Origin: Chiloscyllium plagiosum
Taxonomy: Eukaryota
Length of the DNA stretch: 33,330 bases
Direction of reading: 5' to 3'
Assembly: GCF_004010195.1 (NCBI RefSeq)
Contig: NC_057751.1
Span: forward strand, 14,503,659-14,536,988
The position numbers and the translations under genes were made by a program. Under the pieces are notes generated by a model, which saw only the letters and a list, made by a program, of their open reading frames with translations, was not told the DNA's origin and made no database searches. Numbering within the stretch: position 1 is the first letter of the stretch; the number at the start of each line of letters is the position of its first letter. Below, piece after piece: positions 22,219 through 32,654 of the stretch.

Positions 22219-22382
22219 TCTGATTGCTAAGAGCTGGTGGTGAAGAAACAGAGTGTGGCAGAAACAATTGCTTCAGGCTCCCCGATACTTAGCTGGAGAA
22301 AATGTTTTCCAGTCCAGTACTGGACAAGCATTCTGAGACAGAAAAGGGTTTAAGAGGGGGAAGGGGAGAGGTGTTTATCGTG

Positions 22383-22565
22383 GTGAGTGTGTGTGTGTGC
22401 GTGTGTGTGTATGAGTGAAGGTGAGAGTGTGTGTGTGAGTCAGAGAGAGTGTGTGTGAGTGAGAGTGTGAGTGAGAGAGTATGTGAGTGAGAGTGAGAGA
22501 GTGTGTGTGAGTGAGAGAGGGTGTGTGTGAGTGAGAGACAGAGTTTGAATGAAAGAGAGAGAGAG
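22383..22565. repeat. Compound (GT)n/(GA)n microsatellite
   Basis: Directly visible. Confidence 0.95.
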
Positions 22566-22690
22566 GGCATTTAAGCGGGCATTGGATAGGCATATGGAGG
22601 ATAGTGGGCTAGTGTAGGTTAGGTGGGCTTGGATCGGCGCAAAATCGAGGGCCAAAGGGCCTGTACTGCGCTGTATTCTTCTATGTTCTA
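22562..22690 (+). mobile_element. CR1 3' tail fragment
   Basis: agggcatttaagcgggcattggata...aagggcctgtactgcgctgtattcttctatgttcta; reverse of the 12080-12210 subfamily tail. Confidence 0.75.
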
Positions 22691-22854
22691 NNNNNNNNNN
22701 NNNNNNNNNNNNNNNNNNNNNNNNNNNNNNNNNNNNNNNNNNNNNNNNNNNNNNNNNNNNNNNNNNNNNNNNNNNNNNNNNNNNNNNNNNNNNNNNNNNN
22801 NNNNNNNNNNNNNNNNNNNNNNNNNNNNNNNNNNNNNNNNNNNNNNNNNNNNNN
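22691..22854. other. Assembly gap (164 N)
   Basis: Run of n. Confidence 1.
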
Positions 22855-22962
22855 GTGAGAGTGTGAGTGAGAGAGAGTGTGTGTGTGTGTCAGTGTGTGT
22901 GAGAGAGTGTGTGTGTGTGAGAGAGAGTGTCAGTGTGAGAGAGAGAGTGTGTCTGTGCGCGT
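22855..22962. repeat. Compound (GT)n/(GA)n microsatellite
   Basis: Directly visible. Confidence 0.95.
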
Positions 22963-23343
22963 GACTCTGTTTTCAGCTGAAGGTCAACATGCCAATGGGA
23001 AATAGGTCGCTGACCTGTGCTGCCCATGGTGACCCCTCGCTGACAATGTTATGTCCTAGTCTGACCTGTGTTTGCTCTCAGCTCTCCAGCGCCTTTGTGA
23101 AGGGGCTCCTCCTGCTTTTCAGCCCAGAGGGCGTGTGCGCACGTCAGCAGGCAGTGTTATGTCTTGCTGTTGGCTTCTGACCCCCATCGCACTGAGGCCC
23201 ATTTCTTTAAACGAGTTGCTTCGCTTTATGTTCGCTTCTCCCTACTCGCTTGTGACAGGGCGTGGGAGCTTGTTAACTTTGTGTGTGTGTGTGTGCGTGT
23301 GTGCGCAACGGTAACCCCATGCTGTGTTTGTTCTCGGCTGCAG

Positions 23344-23531
23344 AGAAAAAGGCGCTGCCAAGGTTGGAAGAGAAGATCCGTCGTCTCGAGCAGGCTATGT
23401 ACAGAGCGAAAGAGAGGGTGAAGTCGGGATCTGAACTTAACCTGCTGTCCCTGAGCAAGACGTTGAAACGGGCATCCTGTGGCCAGTCTCTGGCTCTGTT
23501 TTCCTCAAACTCAGAAGCAGCGAGTCCTGAG
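23344..23531 (+). CDS. AFAP1-family gene, exon I (coiled coil / actin-binding region)
   Basis: tgtttgttctcggctgcag|AG...GAG|gtctgt; 188 nt, phase 1-0; EKKALPRLEEKIRRLEQAMYRAKERVKSGSELNLLSLSKTLKRASCGQSLALFSSNSEAASPE (cf. LEEKLKQLEE...SLKKALAGG in AFAP1). Confidence 0.88.
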
Positions 23532-23607
23532 GTCTGTACATGTTGTTGGAGGGCGTAGGGGAGGGGACTTCTCTGCTTTGAATGCTACCCACGCTGCCTG
23601 TAACTGA

Positions 23608-23888
23608 ACAAAAAGGCTTGCATTTATATAGCACCTGCCACGAGTTCAGGGGCAACCCCAAACTGCTTCACAGCCACTGAGGTGCATTCAAAGTATGGTG
23701 ACTGCTCTGATGGAGTGAAATGCCACTTTGGGCACAGAAAATCACCACAATCAGCAATGAAATAAATCATTAGCGGTCAGGAGAGAGTTATTTATCAGCT
23801 GGGATAGTGGGGAGCCGTTCAAACAGTGCCACGCAATCTTACACATCAATCTGAGAGAGCAGACTGATTTCATCACCCATCCATAAAA
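23608..23888 (-). mobile_element. DeuSINE-like (SacSINE1/AmnSINE1-related) ancient SINE, 3' part
   Basis: ttgcatttatatagcacc...ttcacagcca...tttgggcacag...cagcaatga...agtgccacgcaatcttacacatcaatctgagagagcagac resembles the recalled Deu domain; the 5' part appears at about 26833-26935. Confidence 0.62.
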
Positions 23889-23889
23889 C

Positions 23890-24154
23890 CTGGGACAGGC
23901 AGATGACGAGGGGAAGTTGGGCCAGCTATGAGTTTCGAAGGGTAAGAGGCAATGAAAGGGTCTGAACAGAGTAGATGTGGAGAGGATGTTTCCTCTTACA
24001 GGGAAACCAGATCACGGTTTAAAAATCACTTATCACAAAGAGGAAGTGAATTTCGTTTCTGTCAGAGGGTTGTGAATCTTTGGAATTCCTGTCCTGAAAA
24101 GGCATGGAAGGACAGACCTTGACCATCTTTAAGGGAGAGATCGATGGATTCTTA
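23890..24154 (+). mobile_element. CR1 3' fragment, continuing at 25992-26077 and 26326-26397
   Basis: agtagatgtggagaggatgtttcctctt...cagagggttgtgaatctttggaattc...tttaagggagagatcgatggattctt. Confidence 0.72.
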
Positions 24155-25991
24155 GAGAAAGTGCGGACCGCAGATGCTGGAGATCAGAGTCGAGAGTGTG
24201 GTGCTGGAAAAGCACAGCAGGTCAGGCAGCATCCGAGGAGCAGGAGATTCGACATTTTGGGCATAAGCCCTTCATCAGGAATGAGGCTTGTGGGCCGGTT
24301 GGCGGGGGCGATGCTGAGAGATAATTGGAAGGGGGGGTGGGGCTGAGGGGAAGTCAGCCGCAAATGCAATCAGTAGGTGAAGGCAGGGGAGAAGGTGTCT
24401 CAGCCTGCTCCTGTCCCACTGAATTCAGCTCTGCATACCTTGACACCGTCCTGTCCCCCTTGGTCCAGGTGCTCCCCACCTACATTCTGGACACCACCCA
24501 CTCCGTCCACCTCCTCCAAAACTTTTGTTTCCCCGACCCCCTATGCCTGATCTTCACCATGGACATCCAGTCCCTGTACACATCTATCCGCCAGGACCAA
24601 GGCCTCCAAGCCCTCCATTTCTTCCTTTCCCGCCTTGACACCCACATCCGTCCTGGCTGAACTTGTCCTCACCCTCAACAACTTCTCCTTCCAATCCTCC
24701 CACTTCCTCCAAACCAAAGGGATAGCCATGGGACCCGCATGGGCCCCAGCTCTACCTGCCTCATCGTTGGGTACGTGGAACAGTCCATCTTCCGCAGCTA
24801 CACCAGCACCATTCCCCACCTTTTCCTCCGCCATATCAATGACGGTATCAGCACCACCTCGTGTTCCCACGAGGAGGTTGAACAGTTCAGTAAATTCACA
24901 ACACCTTTCACCCCAACTTCAAGTTCACCCGGACCATCGTGGACGCCTCCCTCCCCTTCCTGAAGCTCTCCACCTCCATCTCCGGCAACCGACTAACCAC
25001 GGACACCCACTACAAACCCACCAACTCCCACAGCTACCTGGACTTCAGCTCCTCCCACCCTACCTCCTGTGAAAATGCCATCCCTAATTCCGAAGTGCTC
25101 CGCCTCTGTTGCATCTGTTCCCAGGATGACCAATTCCACCACAGAAAATCCTATCCGCAAATTCCCCTCCCACCTGGTCGACGGTGCCCTCCAGTGCATC
25201 TCCACCATTTCCTACACCTCTACCCTTCAACCCCCACCCCTCCCCCCGCAACAAGAAAAGAACCCGCCCGCCCACCCCAACTCCTGGCACCTTCCCTTGC
25301 CACCGAGCCCACACCTTCCCCCTCTCTCCGTCCAAGGCCCCAAAGGATCCTTCCACATCCCACCGAAATTCACCTGTAATTCCACACATGTCACCTACTG
25401 CATCCGTTGCACCCAGTGTGGTCTCTTCTACAGTGGGGAGACAGGACGCCTTCTTGCGGATCGTTTCAGAGAACATCTCTGGGACACCCACACCCACCAA
25501 ACCCACCGTCCCGTGGCTGAACACTTCAACTCCCCCTCCCACGCTGTCAAGGACATGCAGGTCCTGGGCCTCCTCCATCACCAAACCCGAACCACCTGAC
25601 GCCTGGAGAAGGAACGCCTCATATCCCACTTTGGGACCCTGCAACCCCACGGGATTAATACAGATTTCACCAGTTTCCTCATTTCCCTTCCCTCCACCTG
25701 GTCCCAGTCCCAAGCCTCCAACTCGGCACCACCCTTTTGACCTGTCCATCGTCTTTCCCATCTGTCCACTCCACCCTCCTCTCCGACCGAGCACCTTCTC
25801 CCCCACCTTCATCTACCTAATGCATTCTCAGCTAACTTCCCCCAGCCCTACCCCCCTCCCATTTACCCCTCAGCGCCCCCTCGGCCCACAAGCCTCATTC
25901 CTGATGAAGGGCTTATGCCCCATACGTCGATTCTCCTGCTCCTCGGATGCTGTCTGACCTGCTGTGCTTTTCTAGCACCCACACTCTCCAC
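24155..25991 (+). mobile_element. Penelope-like retroelement (Neptune-type), decayed RT + GIY-YIG, inverted 5' pLTR
   Basis: Peptides FTMDIQSLYTSI, LTLNNFSF...QTKGIAMG, LRHIND (decayed YIDD), KPTNSHSYLDFSSSHP, FTCNSTHVTYCIRCTQCGLFYSGETGR..DRFREH, VAEHFN; inverted termini about 24190-24397 / 25791-25990. Confidence 0.9.
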
Positions 25992-26077
25992 ATAGATGGA
26001 TTTTACGCCAAGCAAGTGACCAAACTGTTATGAGGGGTGAATGGGAGCGTGGATTTGAGGTTACAATGGGATCAAAT

Positions 26078-26325
26078 TCTCCCGTCTCTGTGAGGATCTC
26101 CTCCGGGTGCTCCGGTTTCCTTCCACAGTCAGAAGATGTGCAGGTTAGGTGGACTGGCGATGGGAAATTGCCAATGGTGTCCAAGGAATGTGTGGGTGAG
26201 GTGGATGAGCCATGGGAAATGCAAGGTTACAGGGACGGGCTAAGGGGGTGGGTCTGTGTGGGATGGTCGGTGTGGATTTGACGGGCTGAGTGGCCTCATC
26301 TGACACTGTTGGAATTCTATTATTC
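26078..26325 (+). mobile_element. 5'-truncated HE1-type SINE
   Basis: ctccgggtgctccggtttcc...gatgtgcaggttaggtgga; lacks the tRNA head. Confidence 0.8.
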
Positions 26326-26406
26326 AATAGCTTATTGAATGGGGGAGTGGGCTCAAAGGGCTGAATGGCCTCCTCCTGACTCAAATTTTCCATGTTTCAA
26401 AGACAC

Positions 26407-26832
26407 GGGATGGCACGGTGGCTCAGTGGTTAGCACTGCTGCCTCACGGAGCCAGGGACCCAGGTTCTATTCCAGCCTCGGGTGACTGACTGTGTGGAGT
26501 TTGCACGTTCTCCCCGTGTCTGCGTGGGTTCCCTCCGGGTGCTCCGGTTTCCTCCCACAGTCCAAAGATGTGCAGGTCAGGGTGGATTGGCCATGGGGAA
26601 ATTACCCATAGTGTCCAGGGATGTGCAGGTTAGGGTGGATTGGCCATGCTAAATTACCCCATAGTGCTCAGGGATGCGCAGGTTAGAGTGGATTTGCCAT
26701 GCTAAATTACCCATAGTGTTAGATGCATTAGTCAGAGGGAAATGGGATTGGGTGGGTTACTCTTCGGAGGGGAGGGGTGGACTTGTTGGGCTGAAGGGCC
26801 TGTTTCCACACTGTGGGGAATCTAATCTAATC
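26407..26832 (+). mobile_element. Full-length HE1 V-SINE with three 53-bp internal repeats
   Basis: Intact A/B boxes, units starting at 26567, 26620 and 26673, (aatct)n tail. Confidence 0.92.
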
Positions 26833-27684
26833 ACAACACCTCTCACAGCATTTCCACAATAGAGCACTCAGAGTATCAGCCTGAATTAAGGACTCAGATC
26901 CTCAAGTGGGACTTGAACTCACTATCTGGGACCCATATTTTCATGGCACCTGCAGGGTTGGGGGCTGGGATTGTGGAAAGCACAGTTAGACAGTCAGGTC
27001 AGTCTGAGATGGACTCACAGCTGTAAACGACCTGAGGCCTCGAGTTGTCAAACACGACGGCCTGGACAGCGGCCCGTACAGACAGCAGGGTGGGACGGTT
27101 GGAAGTCTGAAGCATTTCTCCACTCGTCTCAGGAATGTGTGACCTTACTTTGCCTTGCGCTGTTAGTTCAGTCAAGACACTAACTTCACACGTACACAAT
27201 GCTCCGTCATTTTTAAACAGAAGCAGATATCTATTGGAGTTTGAAGCAGTGCTGTTTGACATATCTCACAGCATTTTACTCATCCCTGACCTGCTCCTCG
27301 GACTAAAAATCTATCAAATCACCAATCTCAATTTTAACATCGCAAATGTTTCAATCTTTTCCCATCTGTTCAGATGCGGACTCGAATCACTCACTTGGAT
27401 CTCTGAGTTCAGATCCAAACTCCACCTGTTTAAACAGGAGTTGGAGTCTGAAAGAGCAAGTTTTTTGAGCAATTAAACAGGCAGCTTTTCACCAGCAACA
27501 AATGTAGCTTTTGCATTTTCTTCTTGATATTCATTTATAACTGGCCTTTTGATTTGACCCGGGCCAGACTCAATCAGATTTGATGGAATGCCATCATTTG
27601 GGCTCTGGTCAGTCTTGCAGAGCTGCTGCCAATCTGCTGTGACTTGATATCAATGTCACTGCTCATTTCTCATTCAATTGACAG

Positions 27685-27795
27685 GGTCCGATAGTCAGCC
27701 CAATCTTAAGACGCACAGCCTCAGCCAAAAGCACTCTGAGAAGGACACCGTCCATCACGGTGGTTGAAAAGGGCCGAGTCCTGCAGAAAACAAAG
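27685..27795 (+). CDS. AFAP1-family gene, penultimate coding exon J
   Basis: tttctcattcaattgacag|GGT...AAG|gtatgt; 111 nt, phase 0-0; GPIVSPILRRTASAKSTLRRTPSITVVEKGRVLQKTK has the AFAP-family G.VL.K.K ending. Confidence 0.9.
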
Positions 27796-27974
27796 GTATG
27801 TATCCCCCACCTCTTTGACGATCTCTTTGAGAGTTGGTCTGCGATTCAGAGATCCCTCTTGGGAAGAACAGAAGAATGCTGGATATCCGCAGGTCGGGGA
27901 GCATCTGCGGAGAGAGAAAGAGAATTTGCCTTTCAGGTCAGTGGCACTTTTAGTCAGAACTGTCACATGTCAGA

Positions 27975-29160
27975 GATTTTAAGATCACAACACCAGAGGA
28001 GCAGAAATTAGGCCATTCAGCCCAGCGGGTCTGGTCCACCATTCAATCATGGATGAGAGGCTTCTCAATCCCATTTTCCCGCTTTCTCCCTGTAACCTTT
28101 GATCCCCTTAGCAATCAAGAGCTTATCTCTCTCTGTTTTAGATATACTCAGTGACCAGGCCTCCGCAGTCTTCTGTGGTCATGAATTCCACAGATTCGCC
28201 ACTCTCTGGCTAAAGAAGTGTCTCCTTCTCCCTGTTCTAAACGGTCTTCCCTTGACTCTGAGGCTGTGCCCTTGGGTCCTCGTTTCTCCTGCCAATGGAA
28301 ACATCACCCCAACGTCCAATCTGTCCAGGCCGTTCAGTATTCTCTAAGTTTCAATCAGATCTCCCCTCATTCTTCCCGACTCCATTGAGGAGTGTCCAAG
28401 AGTCCTCAAATGATCCCCATATGTTAAGCCTTTTATTCCTGGTATCATTGTCCTCTGGACCCAGGGCCAATATATGTTTCCTGAGGTATGGGGCTCAAAA
28501 TTGCTCACAGTACTCTAAATACAGTCTGACCAGATCCTTATAAAGCCTCAGAAGTACATCCCTACGTTAATATTCTAGTCCTCTCAAGATGAATGACAAC
28601 AGCAGGTGGCACAGTGGCTCATAGCACCAGGGTCCCAGGTTCGATTCCAGCCTCGGGGCGACTGTCTGTGTGGAGTTTGCACATTCTCCCTGTGTCTGCG
28701 TGGGTTTCCTCCCACAGTCCAAAGATGTGCAGCTCAGGTGAATTGGCCAGGCTAAATTGCCCACAGTGTTAGAAGCTTTAGTCAGAGGGAAATGGGTCTG
28801 GGTGGGTTACTCTTCGGAGGGTCGGTGTGGACTTGTTGGGCCGAAGGGCCTGTTTCCACACTGTTGGGAATCTAATCTAATCTTACAGAGGTCTATGTAA
28901 ACATTGTATTTGCCTTAATAACTGACCCAACCTGCATGTTTCCATTAAAGGAAACCTGAATGAGGACTCTCAAGTCCCTTCGCACTTCCGATTTCGGAAT
29001 TTTTCTCCCTGTTTAGAAAATAGTCAACGTCTCTGTTCTCCCGACCAAAATGCACGACCTTACACTTTCCCACAGTGTATTTCATCTGCAAATTCCTTGC
29101 CCACTCTCTCCCTACGGCCTCCCTACCTCCTCAATACGATCTGCCCCTCCACCAATTTTG
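27975..29160 (-). mobile_element. CR1-type LINE 3' portion, interrupted by HE1 at 28602-28882
   Basis: ggagcagaaattaggccattcagccc...gaattccacagattc...ggggctcaaaattgctcacagtactc; same family as 9928-10830. Confidence 0.8.
28602..28882 (+). mobile_element. HE1-type V-SINE with small deletions
   Basis: ggtggcacagtggctca...ggttcgattccagcctcgg...gggaatctaatctaatc. Confidence 0.9.
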
Positions 29161-29274
29161 GCCTGCACACTCCATTCCATCATCTTTCTGCTGATTTATG
29201 ACAGCAAAGAAAATCAAACTTCTGAGCCAGTGAATCTTTTGGTTCACAAAAGCGGCTCGTGCATCCCACAGCAG

Positions 29275-29487
29275 GGGGTCAGGCATGACTCAGCAGTTAG
29301 CAATCTTGCTTTTGTAGTCATGGTTTAAGGTCCCACTGTCATGAGTCGAGTGCAAAATCTATTCACACAATACTGTTAGGGGTGCTGTAATGTTGGATGT
29401 ACCGTCTTTCAAGGGGGGCATTAAACTGAGACTTGATTTCCCCCCCTTTTGGGTGTGTGAGAAACCACACGGAAGTGTTGAAGAAAG
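29275..29487 (+). mobile_element. DeuSINE-like SINE 5' part, resuming at about 30043-30140
   Basis: gactcagcagttagcaatcttgc...ggtttaaggtcccact...gtgctgtaatgttgga...gtctttc...ttaaactgag. Confidence 0.55.
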
Positions 29488-30042
29488 TGCGGCCGTACGG
29501 GACATTGGTTCGGTCACTTTTGGGACTTGGCGTGCAATTCTGGCCTCCCCGCTGCAGGAACAAGGTTGTGAAACTTGAAAGGGCTCAGAAAAGATTTACA
29601 AGGAGGGTGTCAGGGTTTGAGCTGTAGGGAGAGGCTAAATAAGCTGGGGCTGTTTTCCCTGGAGCATCGGAGGCTGAGGGGTGACGTTATAGAGGTTTAC
29701 AAAATCATGAGGGGGCATGGATAGGATAAATAGACACGGTATTTTCCCCTGGGGTGGAGTCCAAAACTAGCAGGCACAGATTTAAGGTGGGAGGGAAAAA
29801 GATTTGAAAGAGACCTAAGGAGCAATGTTTTCATGCTGAGGGAAGTGTGTGTGTGGAATGAGCTGCCAGAGGAAGTGGTTGAGGCTGGTACAACATTTAA
29901 AAGGCATCTGAATAGGTATATAAATAGGAAGGGTTGAGAGGGTTATGGACCAAATGCTGGCAAACGGGACTAGATTAATTTCAGATATCTGGTCAACATG
30001 GACTGAAGGGTCTGTTTTCATGCTGTACAGCTCAGTGACTGT
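29488..30042 (+). mobile_element. CR1/HER1 3' region
   Basis: Reverse complement of 4430-5005 (YGTLVRSLL..VQFW.P...KLERAQKRFTR). Confidence 0.88.
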
Positions 30043-30144
30043 AAAGAATAGAATCTTTCCCTGGTCTCTTTGACCAATGTCCAGCGAACTTCATAAAATG
30101 GTCACTTTCCCATTGCTATTTGTGGCAACTTTGCAACTCTAACA

Positions 30145-30442
30145 GAACGAAAAATAAGGGGCACAGCCTCAAAATAAGGGGGAGCAGATTTCAGACTGAG
30201 TCAAGGAAGAACACCTTTACCCAAAGGGTTGCAAATCTGTGGAATTTCCTGCCGAATGTAATAGTTGAGCGACCTTGTGGAATGTTTTGAAGGAAAAGAT
30301 AGACTTTTGAACAGTAAGGCAATTAAGGGCCATGATGAGTGGGCCAGTAAGTGGAGCTGAGTCCAGTAGAGATCAGCCATGATCTTATTGAATGGTGGAG
30401 CAGGCTCGATGGTCCAAATGGCGCACCTCCGCTCCTATTTCT
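30145..30442 (+). mobile_element. CR1 3' tail (9928-type family)
   Basis: gggcacagcctcaaaataaggggg...gatcagccatgatcttattgaatggtggagcaggctcga. Confidence 0.78.
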
Positions 30443-30664
30443 TTCAACTCTTTCTTCTTTCTTTCTTCTTTCAACTCTGCAGGTCTGTTGCATTGGAAGC
30501 CACAGTCCTTCAGCTCAGGTGCTTAGCTCGGGAGAAACACAAACTGTGAATTTAGACCCAGGGTGCTTATTTCATTGACACTTTATCTCAATCACATTGA
30601 TCAGGGACACATCTCACTGCGCCAGTTTGCTATCCCCACTGACGTGGTCCTCCTCTCTTTACAG

Positions 30665-30691
30665 GAATGGGAAATGAAGTCTTCAGTCTAA
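30665..30691 (+). CDS. AFAP1-family gene, terminal coding exon K (EWEMKSSV*)
   Basis: tcctcctctctttacag|GAATGGGAAATGAAGTCTTCAGTCTAA; the EWE.K terminus is characteristic of AFAP1/AFAP1L1/AFAP1L2. Confidence 0.9.
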   Translation, partial: EWEMKSSV

Positions 30692-31502
30692 GCAAACGTG
30701 TGCAAAAATGCAATTATTTTGCAAAGAACTGTCGTCATGTGAATATGCCGAGTTTGCGGAACTTCGGCAATGTAAATATTGGCGTCAGCATGTGGATCAT
30801 GCGAAGGAAAACACAATACTGGATTCACTTGTCATCTCTGACACTTAAAGAAACGTAACACCACTAAGGGGCCTGGTTTCCATTACAGTCTGCGAGCTGT
30901 ATCAAGGGTGACTTTGTAATAAGATGAAAAAGAATTGGACTGTGACCTGACTGGGACAGTTGGATTCCAAAAGCCTACAATATCATCACTTTGATTCCAG
31001 AGCGTCTGTTTCCTTTTAATGCGAGCTAATGTTGTCAACGCAAAATGATGACATGTTTATTTTGGAAATGAGGACTTTCTAAACCAAATGTGTGTTTTCC
31101 CCCCTCCCAAGTTTCCAAATTATATTTTGGCCCCACCTCCATCACACCCCCCCCCCCGCCCCATCTGCCAACCCAGGCCACAGCAGCAACAAGACCACAG
31201 CAATTAATCACAGATGTCACCAACCCTCTGGTCAACTTAACATAACAGGGAGTGACCAATTGATCCTTTGTTCAATGCACAACGTTAAAAACTTTGAAAG
31301 GTCCTGATGCAAAGTGGTGATGCTGATTGCAGTGAGCATAAACGTGCTCTCCAGGCTCGATCGCCCTTTCAAAGGGCTTCCTCGCTCTGTCCTAGTCTGT
31401 CTGGAGTTAACAGAAACAAGGCTGAGATGCCCCACGAAGGATAAGTTGGCGATGGCAAACACTTCCTAGGATTCTATGTGGTAACTCACTTAACAAACAG
31501 GC

Positions 31503-31789
31503 AGAGTGCAGAAGTCGAGGGCATAGGTTAATGGCGAGAGGGGAAAGATTTAGAAAGAATTAAGAGGCAACTGTTTCATACAGAGGGTGGTACGTGTATG
31601 GAATGAGCTGCCAGAGGAAGTGGTGGAGGCTTGTACAATTTAAAAGGCATCTGGATGGGTATATGAATAGGAAGGGTTTAAGAGGAATATTGCTGGCAAA
31701 TGGGACTAGATTAGGTTAGGATACTTGGTCAGCATAGGCAAGTTGGACCAAAAGGTCTGTTTCCGTGCTGGAGATCTCTATGACTCTAG
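31503..31789 (+). mobile_element. CR1/HER1 3' end, probably inside the 3' UTR
   Basis: cagagggtggtacgtgtatggaatgagctgccagaggaagtggtggaggc...ggtctgtttccgtgctg. Confidence 0.85.
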
Positions 31790-32096
31790 GGTGCTGAGGA
31801 AGCTCATTATAGCCACATCAGCAGCAGAAATGTTCACTGTCAGCCTTGTGGACTGGGCACTTGGGGTGGCAGATTCAAGCCAGATTTACCACTGCTGAAT
31901 GCCAATGTGTGACCAAAACAGAAGATAGATGCAGGCACCATGTGACGTCAGGGTTGGTGATACTGCAGTCTGAATAACTGATTGTTCCTGCCTGCTTTAA
32001 TGACCACATGTATCAAGGAGACTGGAAAGACAGCTTAGTCCGTTTCATTGTCCAAGGGACATTGCAGAAGGAGTAAAGAAACAAGTTTCACCAATA

Positions 32097-32102
32097 ATTA
32101 AA
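32097..32102 (+). terminator. Candidate polyadenylation signal (ATTAAA) of the AFAP-family gene
   Basis: First AATAAA/ATTAAA hexamer I found after the stop, in an AT-rich stretch with downstream U/GU-rich sequence; an alternative AATAAA lies at 32646-32651. Confidence 0.35.
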
Positions 32103-32319
32103 CATGTATTTCACATATTGGAGCAAAATAACAATTTGAATATCACTGAACAATACCAACACACTCATAAAATTATCAGAATTGTACATCTTGTCTCTGT
32201 ATTACATTTGTTTATAAATTGAACATGGTATGATTTCGTTGTGCAACGATTTTTTTAACCTTGTGGTGACTGGAGATAATTGTGCCTTCATGGGTGAAAG
32301 CATAAGTGATTTCAGGGAG

Positions 32320-32642
32320 CCTGAGTTGACAGTCCATCCCTCAGTACTCGGCACGGAGGGAGCACAGTACAACCAGAGGGTCAGACTGATGATCAGTCCT
32401 GAGGGAACACTGCCCTGTCAGAGGGTCAGTCCTGACTGATTGACTTCACTATCCACAACCAACATCACTGAAACCAGTTGCCTGGTCACAATTGCATTAA
32501 AGTGCTTGAGAAAGCACAACAAATTGGCTGCCACGTCTCACAGGATCCAGGTTCCAAAATGTACTAAACTGGCCTAAAATACATTCGGGCAGTCTGAGGT
32601 CAGGAAGGGTTCTCCATCAATGCAATATTTTCATTTTTCTCA
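32320..32642 (+). mobile_element. DeuSINE-like ancient SINE
   Basis: caaccaacatcactgaaaccag...ctggtcac...aaattggctgccacgt...tgaggtc...aatgcaa; reverse homolog of 23608-23888. Confidence 0.58.
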
Positions 32643-32654
32643 GTCAATAAACCT

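Noticed and set aside
22977..23010. Acceptor-like ctctgttttcag upstream of exon I
   Set aside because: In phase 1 it reaches TAG within nine codons and shows no AFAP similarity.
25084..25957. Long 242-aa and 257-aa ORFs as novel proteins
   Set aside because: They are off-frame or antisense readings of the C-rich Penelope element; the true RT/GIY-YIG frame is broken.
26567..26722. CRISPR-like array
   Set aside because: Eukaryotic context; contiguous units without unique spacers inside a SINE.
1340..30691. Assigning the symbol AFAP1L1 or AFAP1L2
   Set aside because: The C-terminus resembles AFAP1L1 but the rest is too divergent to assign orthology without a tree.
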